A program made the translations under genes and the position numbers. Shown piece after piece: positions 8,088-17,278 of a stretch of DNA of 33,250 bases (positions are counted from its first letter, which is position 1; each line of letters opens with the position of its first letter). Location: positions 1 through 33,250 of the forward strand of contig CAZEWS010000005.1 of assembly GCA_964515985.1 (NCBI GenBank). Reading direction: 5' to 3'. The notes beneath the pieces were generated by a model. The model was not told where the DNA came from. It did no database searches and saw only the letters and a program-made list of their open reading frames with translations. The DNA comes from an uncultured Rikenellaceae bacterium. GTDB taxonomy: Bacteria > Bacteroidota > Bacteroidia > Bacteroidales > VadinHA17.

Positions 8088-9063
8088 TCATCGATTCTGT
8101 AATATTTTTTGGCCCTGTGCAGGCACCTGCAAAGAATAATCCATTTTTTAAAGGGTTTAATGAAAAATCAATTTTACCCGTCCCAAAAAATCCATCGGTC
8201 CCGGTCTGTTCATTTATTAACGGGCATATCTGGCTTACGGATTTATCAAGCTGCATGCCAATCAATAATACTATCATATCCACCGTCATTTTAGCCGGTT
8301 TTCCTGCAAGCGTATCTTCGTATCTTATTACCAATGAACCGTCAACATCTTCATTTGTTTCAGAGAGTCTCCCGCGTATAAATTGTATTTTGTGGCACAT
8401 CTGTGCCATCTTATAATTGTCTTCATAAAATCGTCCGTTCAGTCTCAGGTCCATATACAGGCAACTGACCTGGATTTCGGGAATCCTTTTCCTGAGTTCC
8501 ATAGCTTGTTTAATCCCGGTGATACAACATACCGATGAGCAATATTCACTTCCAACCTTAATGTCTCTCGATCCCACACAATGAATCATTGCGACTTTGC
8601 CCGGAACCTTTCCATTTGTCATTGTAATGTAATTATTTTTAAATTTATCTTCCAGTTCAACAGAAGTAATTACGTTATCATATATCCCATAGCCGTATTC
8701 TTCCTTTCTCCCGGCATTAAAAGGATTAAAACCTGTTGATATAAAAAGAGCAGGGCTTGTGTAGATAGTTTGGTTCTGATCTGCTACTGTAAATCCTTCA
8801 GGACTTTTTGTAATTGTTTCGATTTGTACCGATGTCATTAAGTTTTTTTTCTGATCTTTCAGCAATGGATTAAGAATCTCCATAGCAGATTCATTATGTG
8901 GGAAAAGTGTGTTCCATAGCAATAGTTTTCCTCCCGGATGATCCTCCTTTTCCAGGATATATATTTTATAGCCCAGTGACTGCAGAATTGTGCCTGCTTT
9001 CAATCCTGCCGGACCGGCTCCAATAATAATACAATCAGCTTCTGTTCTTTTCATATTTTTCAA
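7984..9063 (-). CDS. HdrA-like FAD-dependent oxidoreductase (short HdrA/QmoA type)
   Basis: 359 aa. GAGPAGLKAG dinucleotide fold. CVGSRD..YCSSVCC motif typical of the HdrA Fe-S site. 4-nt overlap with the upstream gene. Confidence 0.75.
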   Translation of the reverse strand: MKNMKRTEADCIIIGAGPAGLKAGTILQSLGYKIYILEKEDHPGGKLLLWNTLFPHNESAMEILNPLLKDQKKNLMTSVQIETITKSPEGFTVADQNQTIYTSPALFISTGFNPFNAGRKEEYGYGIYDNVITSVELEDKFKNNYITMTNGKVPGKVAMIHCVGSRDIKVGSEYCSSVCCITGIKQAMELRKRIPEIQVSCLYMDLRLNGRFYEDNYKMAQMCHKIQFIRGRLSETNEDVDGSLVIRYEDTLAGKPAKMTVDMIVLLIGMQLDKSVSQICPLINEQTGTDGFFGTGKIDFSLNPLKNGLFFAGACTGPKNITESMNEASRVAFEVHHFLRNSFISENQDQHDRFWLQNS

Positions 9064-10130
9064 TAAACTTTTAGCAAATCGGGTATTTGGGGTTTTGATA
9101 GTTGTTTGCCTGAAAATCCTATATATTTCAAAGCCGGATCGTAATCCACACCCATTTTTTCCAATAATGGTTCGACCGCCACCTGGTGCATTTGTAATCC
9201 CAGGTCCCAGGGATCATATCCGAGGGCCAGGGCGGCAACTTCTTCGTATGTTAGAACAGGAATTCCATTACCTTCCTCACCATAAGTTTCTCTCTTCGTC
9301 TCACTGATGACATATTGCCATCGATCGAAGAAAAAATTACAGCCGGGACAATTGGTAACTATCAGGTCAGGTTTATAGGGTTCCATGGATTTCATTTTTC
9401 TGTATGTACAGGATAAGGAATACCCCCTGCTTGCCTTTACAATGTATTGTCTGAATCCAAATCCGCAACACATCCTTCTTTCCGGATAATCAATTACCTC
9501 ACCACCCAACGATTCTATAAGACCGGCAAGAACATAAGGATGTTCTGCTCCCCCGATCCCCTTCTCAGGGAACATTTTGGCATAGTGACAACCGATATGC
9601 TCAACCACCTGAAGTGGTTTTCCCGTATATTGATTTATAAGTTTGTATTGCGTTTTGGCTGCGATCTGACCCCTGAATTTAAAGATGATATCACTGGCAT
9701 GGACAAGATTTTCCGGTATTTTAAATTCTCTTCCTGTTGAACGGTACAGGTAATCACGTACCTGTTCCTCAATTTCCGGATGTTTCTCCCATATATCCAG
9801 GATTTCATTATACAAACCAAAGGAAGTAACACAGGAAATTACAAAATTGCGATATCCGGCTTCTGACATCAGGGCAAACTGCCTTGCAATCACTGTCATA
9901 GTTGTTTCAAGCTTTACCAGGTCAACATGATAACCGATCCCTGTACAGGTTGTATGATTGGGATCGTTGTACAAATCTTTTCCCAGATCGTTCCTTAATA
10001 TCCTGATGAATGCTTCTTCAGCACCGGGAAAGAAGTTTTGCCTGACACAACTCCTGACAAAAAAATATTGATCATCGGCAATATCTTTCTGATATTCATT
10101 CCAGAATACTTTTTTACCGTCAACTTTCAT
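9060..10130 (-). CDS. HdrB-like protein with CCG cysteine-rich domains
   Basis: 356 aa. RMCCGFGFR and NCPGCNFFFD motifs. Sits between the HdrC-like and HdrA-like genes with overlapping ends. Confidence 0.7.
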   Translation of the reverse strand: MKVDGKKVFWNEYQKDIADDQYFFVRSCVRQNFFPGAEEAFIRILRNDLGKDLYNDPNHTTCTGIGYHVDLVKLETTMTVIARQFALMSEAGYRNFVISCVTSFGLYNEILDIWEKHPEIEEQVRDYLYRSTGREFKIPENLVHASDIIFKFRGQIAAKTQYKLINQYTGKPLQVVEHIGCHYAKMFPEKGIGGAEHPYVLAGLIESLGGEVIDYPERRMCCGFGFRQYIVKASRGYSLSCTYRKMKSMEPYKPDLIVTNCPGCNFFFDRWQYVISETKRETYGEEGNGIPVLTYEEVAALALGYDPWDLGLQMHQVAVEPLLEKMGVDYDPALKYIGFSGKQLSKPQIPDLLKVY

Positions 10131-10827
10131 CCTCAGGCTGGTTTTTGGAATACATTAACTGGAAATATTCATTCCAGATCGTATCATCATACTCCAGATT
10201 TAGTTTTTTCGCACATTTAGCTGCATCGTTCTCTAATTTTTCAAACCGGTCAGTGCAGCCGGTGATATTAAAAATCGTTTTAAGTTCATTCATGCTCGTT
10301 TTTGAAATTTTCCTGAGTGGACCGTTGCCAGGCTTGTTATATGAATTGCCGAAGAGATTATATATTTCACTGCTGTTTTTTCTTATCCAGTCCCAAACGG
10401 GGCCCTGTTCCGGGAATAAACCGGTATCCACACTATCGGCATGAACACAATAACCGGTAGCCAGAATTGTATCCCCGATAAGCTTCTTTAAAACATACAT
10501 CTGCTTTCCCCTGTGGGAGTGCAGGTACAATCCTGTTTCAATGGAAAGGTTTCGAAGTGCCAATATTAACAATCCGGGGGTATTACCCCGGGGACATCTG
10601 GTTTTACATGACATACACTGTCCGCAATACCATATTTTTTCACCTTTCAGAAGTTCCTCAAGTATTTTCTCATCCTCAACCTGAAGAGCATCGGCAATTT
10701 CCCTTGGGTCGTAATCATAAAAGGAAGCGGCTGGACAAATGGCTGTGCAGGTACCGCAATTAATACACGCTTCCAGTCCTTCACTGAACCGGACATCTTG
10801 TTGTAAACGTTCAAATAACTTTCCCAC
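10120..10827 (-). CDS. HdrC-like 4Fe-4S dicluster protein (apparent GTG start)
   Basis: 235 aa. CINCGTCTAICPA and CGQCMSCKTRCPRG motifs. First gene of the hdr-like operon. Confidence 0.7.
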   Translation of the reverse strand: MGKLFERLQQDVRFSEGLEACINCGTCTAICPAASFYDYDPREIADALQVEDEKILEELLKGEKIWYCGQCMSCKTRCPRGNTPGLLILALRNLSIETGLYLHSHRGKQMYVLKKLIGDTILATGYCVHADSVDTGLFPEQGPVWDWIRKNSSEIYNLFGNSYNKPGNGPLRKISKTSMNELKTIFNITGCTDRFEKLENDAAKCAKKLNLEYDDTIWNEYFQLMYSKNQPEDES

Positions 10828-10910
10828 TTATCCAAAATTTTTACTAAAATAACAAGCATTTAAACAATGGGAAAGCCCTTAAATACTTATTTTTTTCCAG
10901 AAATACGGGA

Positions 10911-10936
10911 TGGTATAAAGTGGTATAGATGGTAAG
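10911..10936. promoter_or_regulatory. Three helically phased direct repeats TGGTATA / TGGTATA / TGGTAAG (about 10-bp period) upstream of the hdr-like operon
   Basis: Repeats start at about 10911, 10921 and 10930. They lie in the 134-bp gap between the response-regulator stop and the HdrC-like start. Confidence 0.35.
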
Positions 10937-10961
10937 TATTTATACTACTATATAAAGATCA

Positions 10962-11606
10962 CTAAATCTCAATAAGTTTGTTTTCAACGGCATACATGAC
11001 CAGACTTGCCGTGTTGTGTGTATTTGTCTTATCAAGGATGTTTGCCCTGTGCTTATCAACTGTCCTCTTGCTTATATTAAGTTCATCGGCGATCTCCAGG
11101 TTGGAATACCCCTTACATATCAAGGCAAGGATCTCATTCTCCCTGGTCGATAAATGAACTTCGGTGGTTTTATCCTTATTGATCTCTTTAATACTCTTAA
11201 CTACATTATATAAAACTTCCTGGCTGAAAAATGTTCCTCCGTTATGCACAGTTTTAATCGCTTTGACCACTTCATCAATACCGGAAGTTTTCAGGATAAA
11301 TCCTTTTGCTCCTGCCTCGATCATTTTCAAATAATATTCTTCTTCACCGTACATGGATAGTGTAATGATCTTAAGGTCGGGATACATCTGAATGGCTAAA
11401 CGGGATGCTTCAATTCCATTCATTACCGGCATTTCAATATCCATCAACACTACATCAGGGGTAGTCTTTTGCAACAATTTACAAAACTCTTTTCCGTTTT
11501 CAGCTTCGCCTGTTATCTCTATTTCTTTTTCCCCTTTCAGTAAAGTAGACAGACCATTTCTGAATAATTTATGATCATCCACCAAAACAACTTTAACCTT
11601 TTTCAT
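10962..11606 (-). CDS. NarL/FixJ-family response regulator (REC + LuxR-type HTH)
   Basis: 214 aa. VVLVDDH..DVVLMDIEMP receiver domain. C-terminal LSTRENEILALICKGYSNLEIADELNISKRTVDKHR. Confidence 0.9.
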   Translation of the reverse strand: MKKVKVVLVDDHKLFRNGLSTLLKGEKEIEITGEAENGKEFCKLLQKTTPDVVLMDIEMPVMNGIEASRLAIQMYPDLKIITLSMYGEEEYYLKMIEAGAKGFILKTSGIDEVVKAIKTVHNGGTFFSQEVLYNVVKSIKEINKDKTTEVHLSTRENEILALICKGYSNLEIADELNISKRTVDKHRANILDKTNTHNTASLVMYAVENKLIEI

Positions 11607-12610
11607 TTTCTTATATCTTTAAGCTTGAGAACAATTTCAGCTTCCATTCCACTTCCCGGTATACTTTCCACCGAGAAACGGCCGTTAACCGATTGCAGCC
11701 TTGAATGTATGTTATTGAAACCCGATCCGGTTGATCCGTCCTTTTCCAATATTTTCGGATCAAATCCCTTACCATCGTCCTTATAATGAATTAGCATCAT
11801 ATCTTCGGTTTTAAAAATCTTTAAGATAGCATTACTTGCCTCAGCATGACGAATAGTATTGTTAATAAGTTCACAAATAGCACGAAACAAGATTATTTCG
11901 ACTTCCGTTTGAAAACGTTCTTTGTTGAGATTGGAACTGAAATGTATCCTGATCCTGCCGGCATAATTGATCCTGTTTACAAATGTACGCAGCATCGATT
12001 CAAGTCCGAAATTACTCAGTATATGCGGACTGAGATTTTCTGAAATTTCTTTCAGACCGTTGATCGCTTCTTCAATAAGTTCGGAGGTATTGTTAATTAT
12101 ATTGCTAACCTTTTCAGTAAGCTCACTTTTCTGTAGTGCAGAAAAAGACATTTTTACTGTGGATAATATAGGCCCTAACCCGTCATGCATATCTTTAGCA
12201 AACCGTTTACGTTCTTTTTCTTCTGTCTGAATTATCGCATTTAATACCCTTCTTTCGGATAATTTTCTGATCTTATCAGCTTCCTTAAGAGATTTAAATA
12301 TCTTTTTAATAAATATAATACTCACCGTTATCAGAACGGACGTACCAATACCTGTCCATGAACTGAGCATAGAGAGGTCTTTTGAGTATGTCGGGAACAT
12401 ATAGGGCAGAAATTCAATTAGTCTGCGAATGGCGGTCAAAAAAAGTGCTATGGAAATCAATATCCACGAGAGATTATATTTTGTCAACTTAGTGAGACTA
12501 ATCGCTATAAAAGCAGCCACAAACTGCAGAATAAAAGAAACGATCAAACCGTAAAATGTTGCCATGATTTTAATTTTAGTTGATTGATTACTTAAAACAA
12601 AGATAAACAA
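11603..12610 (-). CDS. Membrane sensor histidine kinase (HisKA_3 + HATPase_c), with no obvious periplasmic domain
   Basis: 335 aa. H-box FAKDMHDGLGPIL, N/G boxes ELINNTIRHA, DDGKGFD, GSGFNNI. 3-4 closely spaced TM helices. The likely true start is MATFYG at about 12565. 4-nt overlap with the RR gene. Confidence 0.85.
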   Translation of the reverse strand: MFIFVLSNQSTKIKIMATFYGLIVSFILQFVAAFIAISLTKLTKYNLSWILISIALFLTAIRRLIEFLPYMFPTYSKDLSMLSSWTGIGTSVLITVSIIFIKKIFKSLKEADKIRKLSERRVLNAIIQTEEKERKRFAKDMHDGLGPILSTVKMSFSALQKSELTEKVSNIINNTSELIEEAINGLKEISENLSPHILSNFGLESMLRTFVNRINYAGRIRIHFSSNLNKERFQTEVEIILFRAICELINNTIRHAEASNAILKIFKTEDMMLIHYKDDGKGFDPKILEKDGSTGSGFNNIHSRLQSVNGRFSVESIPGSGMEAEIVLKLKDIRK

Positions 12611-12785
12611 AATGCATCTTAAGTAGTTTGCCTTCCAAAGCCAAATATAGAATGACCGTGTGGTTTTCCGGATATTATGTTAAAACCCATAACCCTAAAC
12701 CCGTAACTACTTCATTTAAACTTTACCCCAAAGTATGCCATTGAACCATAAACTGAAAACTGAGAACCATAAACCAAATAATTCT

Positions 12786-12816
12786 TTTGCCAAATAGGAT
12801 AAAAAATATACATTTG
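12786..12816 (+). promoter_or_regulatory. Bacteroidetes-type promoter for sucD (-33 TTTG, -7 TAcaTTTG)
   Basis: TTTG at 12786-12789, a 19-nt spacer, then TACATTTG at 12809-12816, 28 nt upstream of the sucD ATG. Confidence 0.5.
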
Positions 12817-12844
12817 AAGTTGTTATTTTCAAATTAAAACAAGA

Positions 12845-13729
12845 ATGAGCATATTAGTCAATAAAGATTCCAAAGTAGTGGTCCAGGGGTTTACCGGTGG
12901 AGAAGGGACATTTCATGCCTCCCAGATGATTGAGTATGGAACCCATGTTGTAGGCGGTGTTACACCAGGTAAAGGCGGACAAACCCATCTTGATAAGCCG
13001 GTTTTTAATACCGTTGAAGAAGCTGTGAAAAAAACCGGAGCTAATGTTTCTGTAGTTTTTGTTCCGCCCGCATTTGCAGCCGACGCTATTATGGAAGCAG
13101 CCGATGCAGGAATAAAAGTCATTATTACCATTACCGAAGGTATTCCCACAAGCGACATGGTAAAAGTAAATGAATACATAAGGGATAAAGATGTCCATAT
13201 GGTCGGTCCGAATTGCCCGGGTGTTATCACTCCAGGTGAAGCCAAAGTGGGTATAATGCCGGGATTTATACATAAAAAAGGCAGCATTGGTATCGTTTCC
13301 CGTTCCGGCACTCTTACCTATGAGGCCGTTGATCAGATAACAAAAGCCGGACTGGGACAGTCAACCTGTATTGGTGTTGGAGGTGATCCCATTATCGGAA
13401 CATCTATCCTGAAAGCTATTCAATTATTTATGAAAGATCCTGAAACCGAAGGAATTATAATGATTGGAGAAATTGGCGGGAACATGGAAGCAGATGCTGC
13501 GAACTGGATCAGGGAAAATGGTACAAAGCCTGTAGTTGGGTTTGTTGCCGGTAAGACCGCACCAAAGGGACGCAGAATGGGACACGCAGGTGCAATAATC
13601 GGAGGAAAGGATGATACTGCAGCAGCAAAAATTAAAATCATGCAGGAATGTGGTATCCATGTGGTGGAATCTCCGGCGGACATCGGAAAAAGGATGAAGG
13701 AGGTTTTACATCAGAACAAAAATGAATAA
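12845..13729 (+). CDS. sucD: Succinate--CoA ligase subunit alpha
   Basis: 294 aa. [24 protein letters not shown].., [17 protein letters not shown] phosphohistidine loop. Confidence 0.95.
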   Translation: MSILVNKDSKVVVQGFTGGEGTFHASQMIEYGTHVVGGVTPGKGGQTHLDKPVFNTVEEAVKKTGANVSVVFVPPAFAADAIMEAADAGIKVIITITEGIPTSDMVKVNEYIRDKDVHMVGPNCPGVITPGEAKVGIMPGFIHKKGSIGIVSRSGTLTYEAVDQITKAGLGQSTCIGVGGDPIIGTSILKAIQLFMKDPETEGIIMIGEIGGNMEADAANWIRENGTKPVVGFVAGKTAPKGRRMGHAGAIIGGKDDTAAAKIKIMQECGIHVVESPADIGKRMKEVLHQNKNE

Positions 13730-13740
13730 AAAATCTTACA

Positions 13741-14487
13741 ATGAAACTACTCGAAGGAAAAACAGCTTTAATTACAGGAGCTGCCCGTGGAATCGGAAAA
13801 GCCATTGCCCTGAAATTTGCAGGTGAAGGTGCCAATATTGCTTTTACTGATCTGTTCGATAACGACGATTTCCGAAATACACTTAAAGAACTGGAAACCA
13901 GAGGTGTGAAAGCAAAAGGCTATACTTCCGATGCCAGCAAATTTGATCAGACCCAGAAGGTGGTCAACCAGATCGTCGAAGATTTTGGCCAGATAGACGT
14001 TTTGGTAAACAATGCAGGTATAACAAGAGACACTTTATTAATGCGGATGACTGAGGATCAATGGGATGCAGTTATTACCGTTAACCTGAAATCAGTATTT
14101 AATTTCACCAAGTGTGTTCAGACAATCATGCTAAAACAACGCTCAGGGTCAATAGTCAATATCAGTTCTGTGGTTGGTGTTAGTGGAAATGCCGGTCAAT
14201 CGAACTATGCCGCATCAAAGGCAGGAATTATCGGGTTTACAAAATCGGTTGCAAGAGAAATTGGAGCAAGGAGTATACGTTGTAATGCGATCGCCCCGGG
14301 GTTTATTTTGACCGATATGACCGAAAAGCTACCTGAAGAGTTACGAAAGGCATGGATTGAACAAATACCATTGAAGAGAGGAGGTACACCGGAAGATGTG
14401 GCTAACACTGCCCTGTACCTGGCATCTGACCTTTCTTCTTATGTAAGCGGACAGGTCATCAATGTTTGCGGAGCTATGAAAACCTGA
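13741..14487 (+). CDS. fabG: 3-oxoacyl-ACP reductase FabG (SDR family)
   Basis: 248 aa. TGAARGIGKAIA, NNAG, and the S..YxxxK motif (NYAASKAG). Confidence 0.9.
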   Translation: MKLLEGKTALITGAARGIGKAIALKFAGEGANIAFTDLFDNDDFRNTLKELETRGVKAKGYTSDASKFDQTQKVVNQIVEDFGQIDVLVNNAGITRDTLLMRMTEDQWDAVITVNLKSVFNFTKCVQTIMLKQRSGSIVNISSVVGVSGNAGQSNYAASKAGIIGFTKSVAREIGARSIRCNAIAPGFILTDMTEKLPEELRKAWIEQIPLKRGGTPEDVANTALYLASDLSSYVSGQVINVCGAMKT

Positions 14488-14516
14488 TCGCTGTCTTACA
14501 AATCCTGAATAAAAAC

Positions 14517-14555
14517 AAAAGCTGTTTCGATAAACCGGAACAGCTTTTTTTATTT
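14517..14555 (+). terminator. Rho-independent terminator after fabG
   Basis: aaaagctgtttcg / cggaacagctttt stem (one G-U pair) followed by a T-run tttttatttt. Confidence 0.75.
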
Positions 14556-14691
14556 TATCATGGATCATTCAACAAGATTTTTTTAGTATCTTTAAAAATG
14601 AAAATTGAAGACGGTAAAATTGTTGCATACCGTACTAAAATACGTGTATCCTTTAAATTCCGAAAGGAATAAAACTTAAATTTTTTTAGTC

Positions 14692-15156
14692 ATGATTGTA
14701 AAAAAGTTAAAAGAATTTCTCGATAAAAATGGGATTGAATATTTCACCATTAGTCATTCGAAAGCCTATTCAGCACAAAAAATTGCTGCTGCATGTCATA
14801 TACCCGGAAAAGAACTTGCAAAAACAGTGATGATAAAGATTGACGGGAAAATGGCAATGGCTATACTGCCTGCTTTGTACAGGGTTGATTTTGAACTTTT
14901 AAGAGGCGCTACTGGTGCAGGAAAGATTGAGCTTGCAAAGGAACAGGAATTCCAGGATATCTTTCCAAACTGTGAGATAGGTGCCATGCCACCGTTTGGC
15001 AATTTATGGAACCTACCTGTTTATGTTGCAGAAAGTCTTACCGAAAATGAAGAAATTGCCTTTAACGGCGGGTTTCATACAGAACTAATCCGGATGAGTT
15101 TGAATGACTATATGAAACTTGTAAACCCCGAGATTGTAAAATATTCATTGCAGTAG
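14692..15156 (+). CDS. YbaK/EbsC-family aminoacyl-tRNA deacylase domain protein
   Basis: 154 aa. The pattern ..HIPGKELAKTVMIKIDGKMAMAILPA..MPPFGNLW is typical of YbaK/ProX-like editing domains. Confidence 0.7.
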   Translation: MIVKKLKEFLDKNGIEYFTISHSKAYSAQKIAAACHIPGKELAKTVMIKIDGKMAMAILPALYRVDFELLRGATGAGKIELAKEQEFQDIFPNCEIGAMPPFGNLWNLPVYVAESLTENEEIAFNGGFHTELIRMSLNDYMKLVNPEIVKYSLQ

Positions 15157-15161
15157 AACCG

Positions 15162-16208
15162 ATGAGCAGGGCAAAGCGTTGGGTCTTTTTAACCGTTATT
15201 GCAGGATTATTCTTTTTAATCTCCTGCAGCACGTCAAAGATAGTTATTGACATACCAAGACCTTCTGATATTGATATACCCGAAAAAATTAAAAAATTAG
15301 CACTTGTCAAATACAGATTACGTGATGATACAACTTATGTAACCAACGTTATTAGAGAAATGATATCGGGAGAAGGAGCTATGGTCGAAAAGGTAGCTAT
15401 CGATAATGCGATGAATGGTTTTTGGGGAAAAATGAAGGAATATAGCAGATTCACGATAACCGGACTTGAAGAACGTTTGGTTGACCATAAGACAGAGAGT
15501 GGTTTTCCGGAACCATTACCCTGGCAGGAGATAAAAGAAATTTGCGAAAAAAGCAATTCAGATGCCCTGGTGTCTTTGGAAAGCTTTAGAGCATCAACTT
15601 CTGTTAATTACAGTTTTTATTCAAAATCTAAGAAAAAGGTTGAAGAGGGACAATTACGTACTGTGGTTTATGATATCAGGGAACAGGTTGTACATGTTGG
15701 ACAATTATTAGCTGAAGTAGAACTTGGATGGCGGTTTTATTATCCGGCCGAATCAAAAATCCTGTTTATGAAAACCATACAGGATTCAACCATCAGGGAA
15801 GTTAAAGCCAATTCGAAAAAAGAAGCCGAACGGAAATTACCAGGAAAAAAGAATGCTATTGAGGAGGTAAGTTTTATGGCTGGAGAGCAATTTGCACAAC
15901 TTCTGAATCCGGGATACACTACAGTGGAAAGAAGGTATTTCCCAAAAGGAAATGATGATTTTAAAATGGCAAAAACTTATGTCTTTCAGAGATACTGGGA
16001 CAAGGCAGCTGAACTGTGGGAACGGAATTTAAACAACCCCAATCCAAGAATTGCTTCTGCCGCTAAGTACAATATGGCAATGATCAATGAAATGAAAGGC
16101 AAAATGGAAAATGCCCTGGAATTGGCTAAGACAGCCTGGCAGTTAAACCAAAATAAAACCATTGAAACCTATATTCAACTCCTTGAGAACCGTTTGTTAA
16201 ACCAGTGA
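15162..16208 (+). CDS. Lipoprotein with a C-terminal TPR-like helical region
   Basis: 348 aa. Signal peptide with lipobox LISC. The C-terminal YWDKAAELWERNL..AAKYNMAMINEMKGKMENALELAK is TPR-like. Confidence 0.75.
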   Translation: MSRAKRWVFLTVIAGLFFLISCSTSKIVIDIPRPSDIDIPEKIKKLALVKYRLRDDTTYVTNVIREMISGEGAMVEKVAIDNAMNGFWGKMKEYSRFTITGLEERLVDHKTESGFPEPLPWQEIKEICEKSNSDALVSLESFRASTSVNYSFYSKSKKKVEEGQLRTVVYDIREQVVHVGQLLAEVELGWRFYYPAESKILFMKTIQDSTIREVKANSKKEAERKLPGKKNAIEEVSFMAGEQFAQLLNPGYTTVERRYFPKGNDDFKMAKTYVFQRYWDKAAELWERNLNNPNPRIASAAKYNMAMINEMKGKMENALELAKTAWQLNQNKTIETYIQLLENRLLNQ

Positions 16209-17236
16209 AGATACTTATTATTCTGTTTTTCTGTCTGCTATTTACAGCATGTCAAACCACATCCATTATTAAAATCCAAATACTGGAGTCCCCTGAAGTA
16301 TCCTTGCCTCGTGATATTCATGGAATCACCATAATCAACCTGAGCCTGAAAACTAACCTTGTCACTCAAAATCAGGATTCAGGCAGAAATCTGCCATCAA
16401 AAAAATCACCTCACCATTCTGAGGTCACAAACAATTGCATTCAGGGTTTATCCGATCTGTTGATTACCTCACCCTTTATCGACACTGTATTTTACGATTC
16501 CCTGTTATATTATTTTGGTTTAAGTAAAGATTCAACGGGAAAACCATTACCACTTGACTGGCAGGATGTTGAATGGGTTTGTGATAAAACCAACACTGAA
16601 TTACTGATTTCACTTGAAGATTACGACTGTTCAGACACTATTTCTCAGGATATTCATTATAGTTTTTTTCATAATGCTGATGATGCTATTATTAAAAGAT
16701 ATTTTGTTGCATATTTAAATGTAAGCCCCAAAGCATTCTGGAGGATATATGATTTAACAAATAAGAAGATTATTGATGAATATCTCTATATAGATACAAT
16801 TCAATGGGAGAGGTCAGACAATGAATCATCAAAGGCACTGAAACAGTTACCTGAAAAGAATAACGCAATACTGGAAGCGGCTTACTGGGCGGGATATGGC
16901 TACGGTAAAAGAATTGTTCCTTCCTGGCTGGAGGTTGACCGGTTTTATTATAAATCGGGTAGTAAGGAAATAAAACAGGCTGGTAAGGAAGTCTTGAAGG
17001 ATAACTGGACTGGTGCGGTGCAAATATGGAAAAAACTTGCATATGGGGAGAAAAAAAGCCTGGCAGCGAAAGCATCTCTTAACATGGCTCTGGCATCTGA
17101 AATTGAAGACAAGTTGGATATAGCCCTTGAATGGGCAGCAAAATCTTATCGTACGCTTAATAGATCAAGCAGTAAAGAATACGTCTTACTCTTACAGGAG
17201 AGAGTAAAGGAAAAAAGGAAATTACTCAGCAGATAA
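16205..17236 (+). CDS. Lipoprotein, paralog of the preceding gene
   Basis: 343 aa. Lipobox LFTAC. Shared blocks PLPLDWQDVEWVCDKTNTELLISLEDY vs PLPWQEIKEICEKSNSDALVSLESF, and similar C-terminal helices. GTGA start/stop overlap. Confidence 0.75.
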   Translation: MKILIILFFCLLFTACQTTSIIKIQILESPEVSLPRDIHGITIINLSLKTNLVTQNQDSGRNLPSKKSPHHSEVTNNCIQGLSDLLITSPFIDTVFYDSLLYYFGLSKDSTGKPLPLDWQDVEWVCDKTNTELLISLEDYDCSDTISQDIHYSFFHNADDAIIKRYFVAYLNVSPKAFWRIYDLTNKKIIDEYLYIDTIQWERSDNESSKALKQLPEKNNAILEAAYWAGYGYGKRIVPSWLEVDRFYYKSGSKEIKQAGKEVLKDNWTGAVQIWKKLAYGEKKSLAAKASLNMALASEIEDKLDIALEWAAKSYRTLNRSSSKEYVLLLQERVKEKRKLLSR

Positions 17237-17278
17237 TCCTATAAAATATTATTTTTGCACCTTTATTTTTAAATTGGA

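Noticed and set aside
12854-13835. Several minus-strand ORFs (12854..13273, 12913..13311, 13420..13683, 13424..13660, 13638..13835) inside sucD and the fabG start
   Set aside because: They are antisense to unambiguous, highly conserved sucD and fabG coding sequence.
14466-14672. 68-aa plus-strand ORF between fabG and the YbaK-like gene
   Set aside because: It reads straight through the strong fabG terminator hairpin and T-run, and has no motif.
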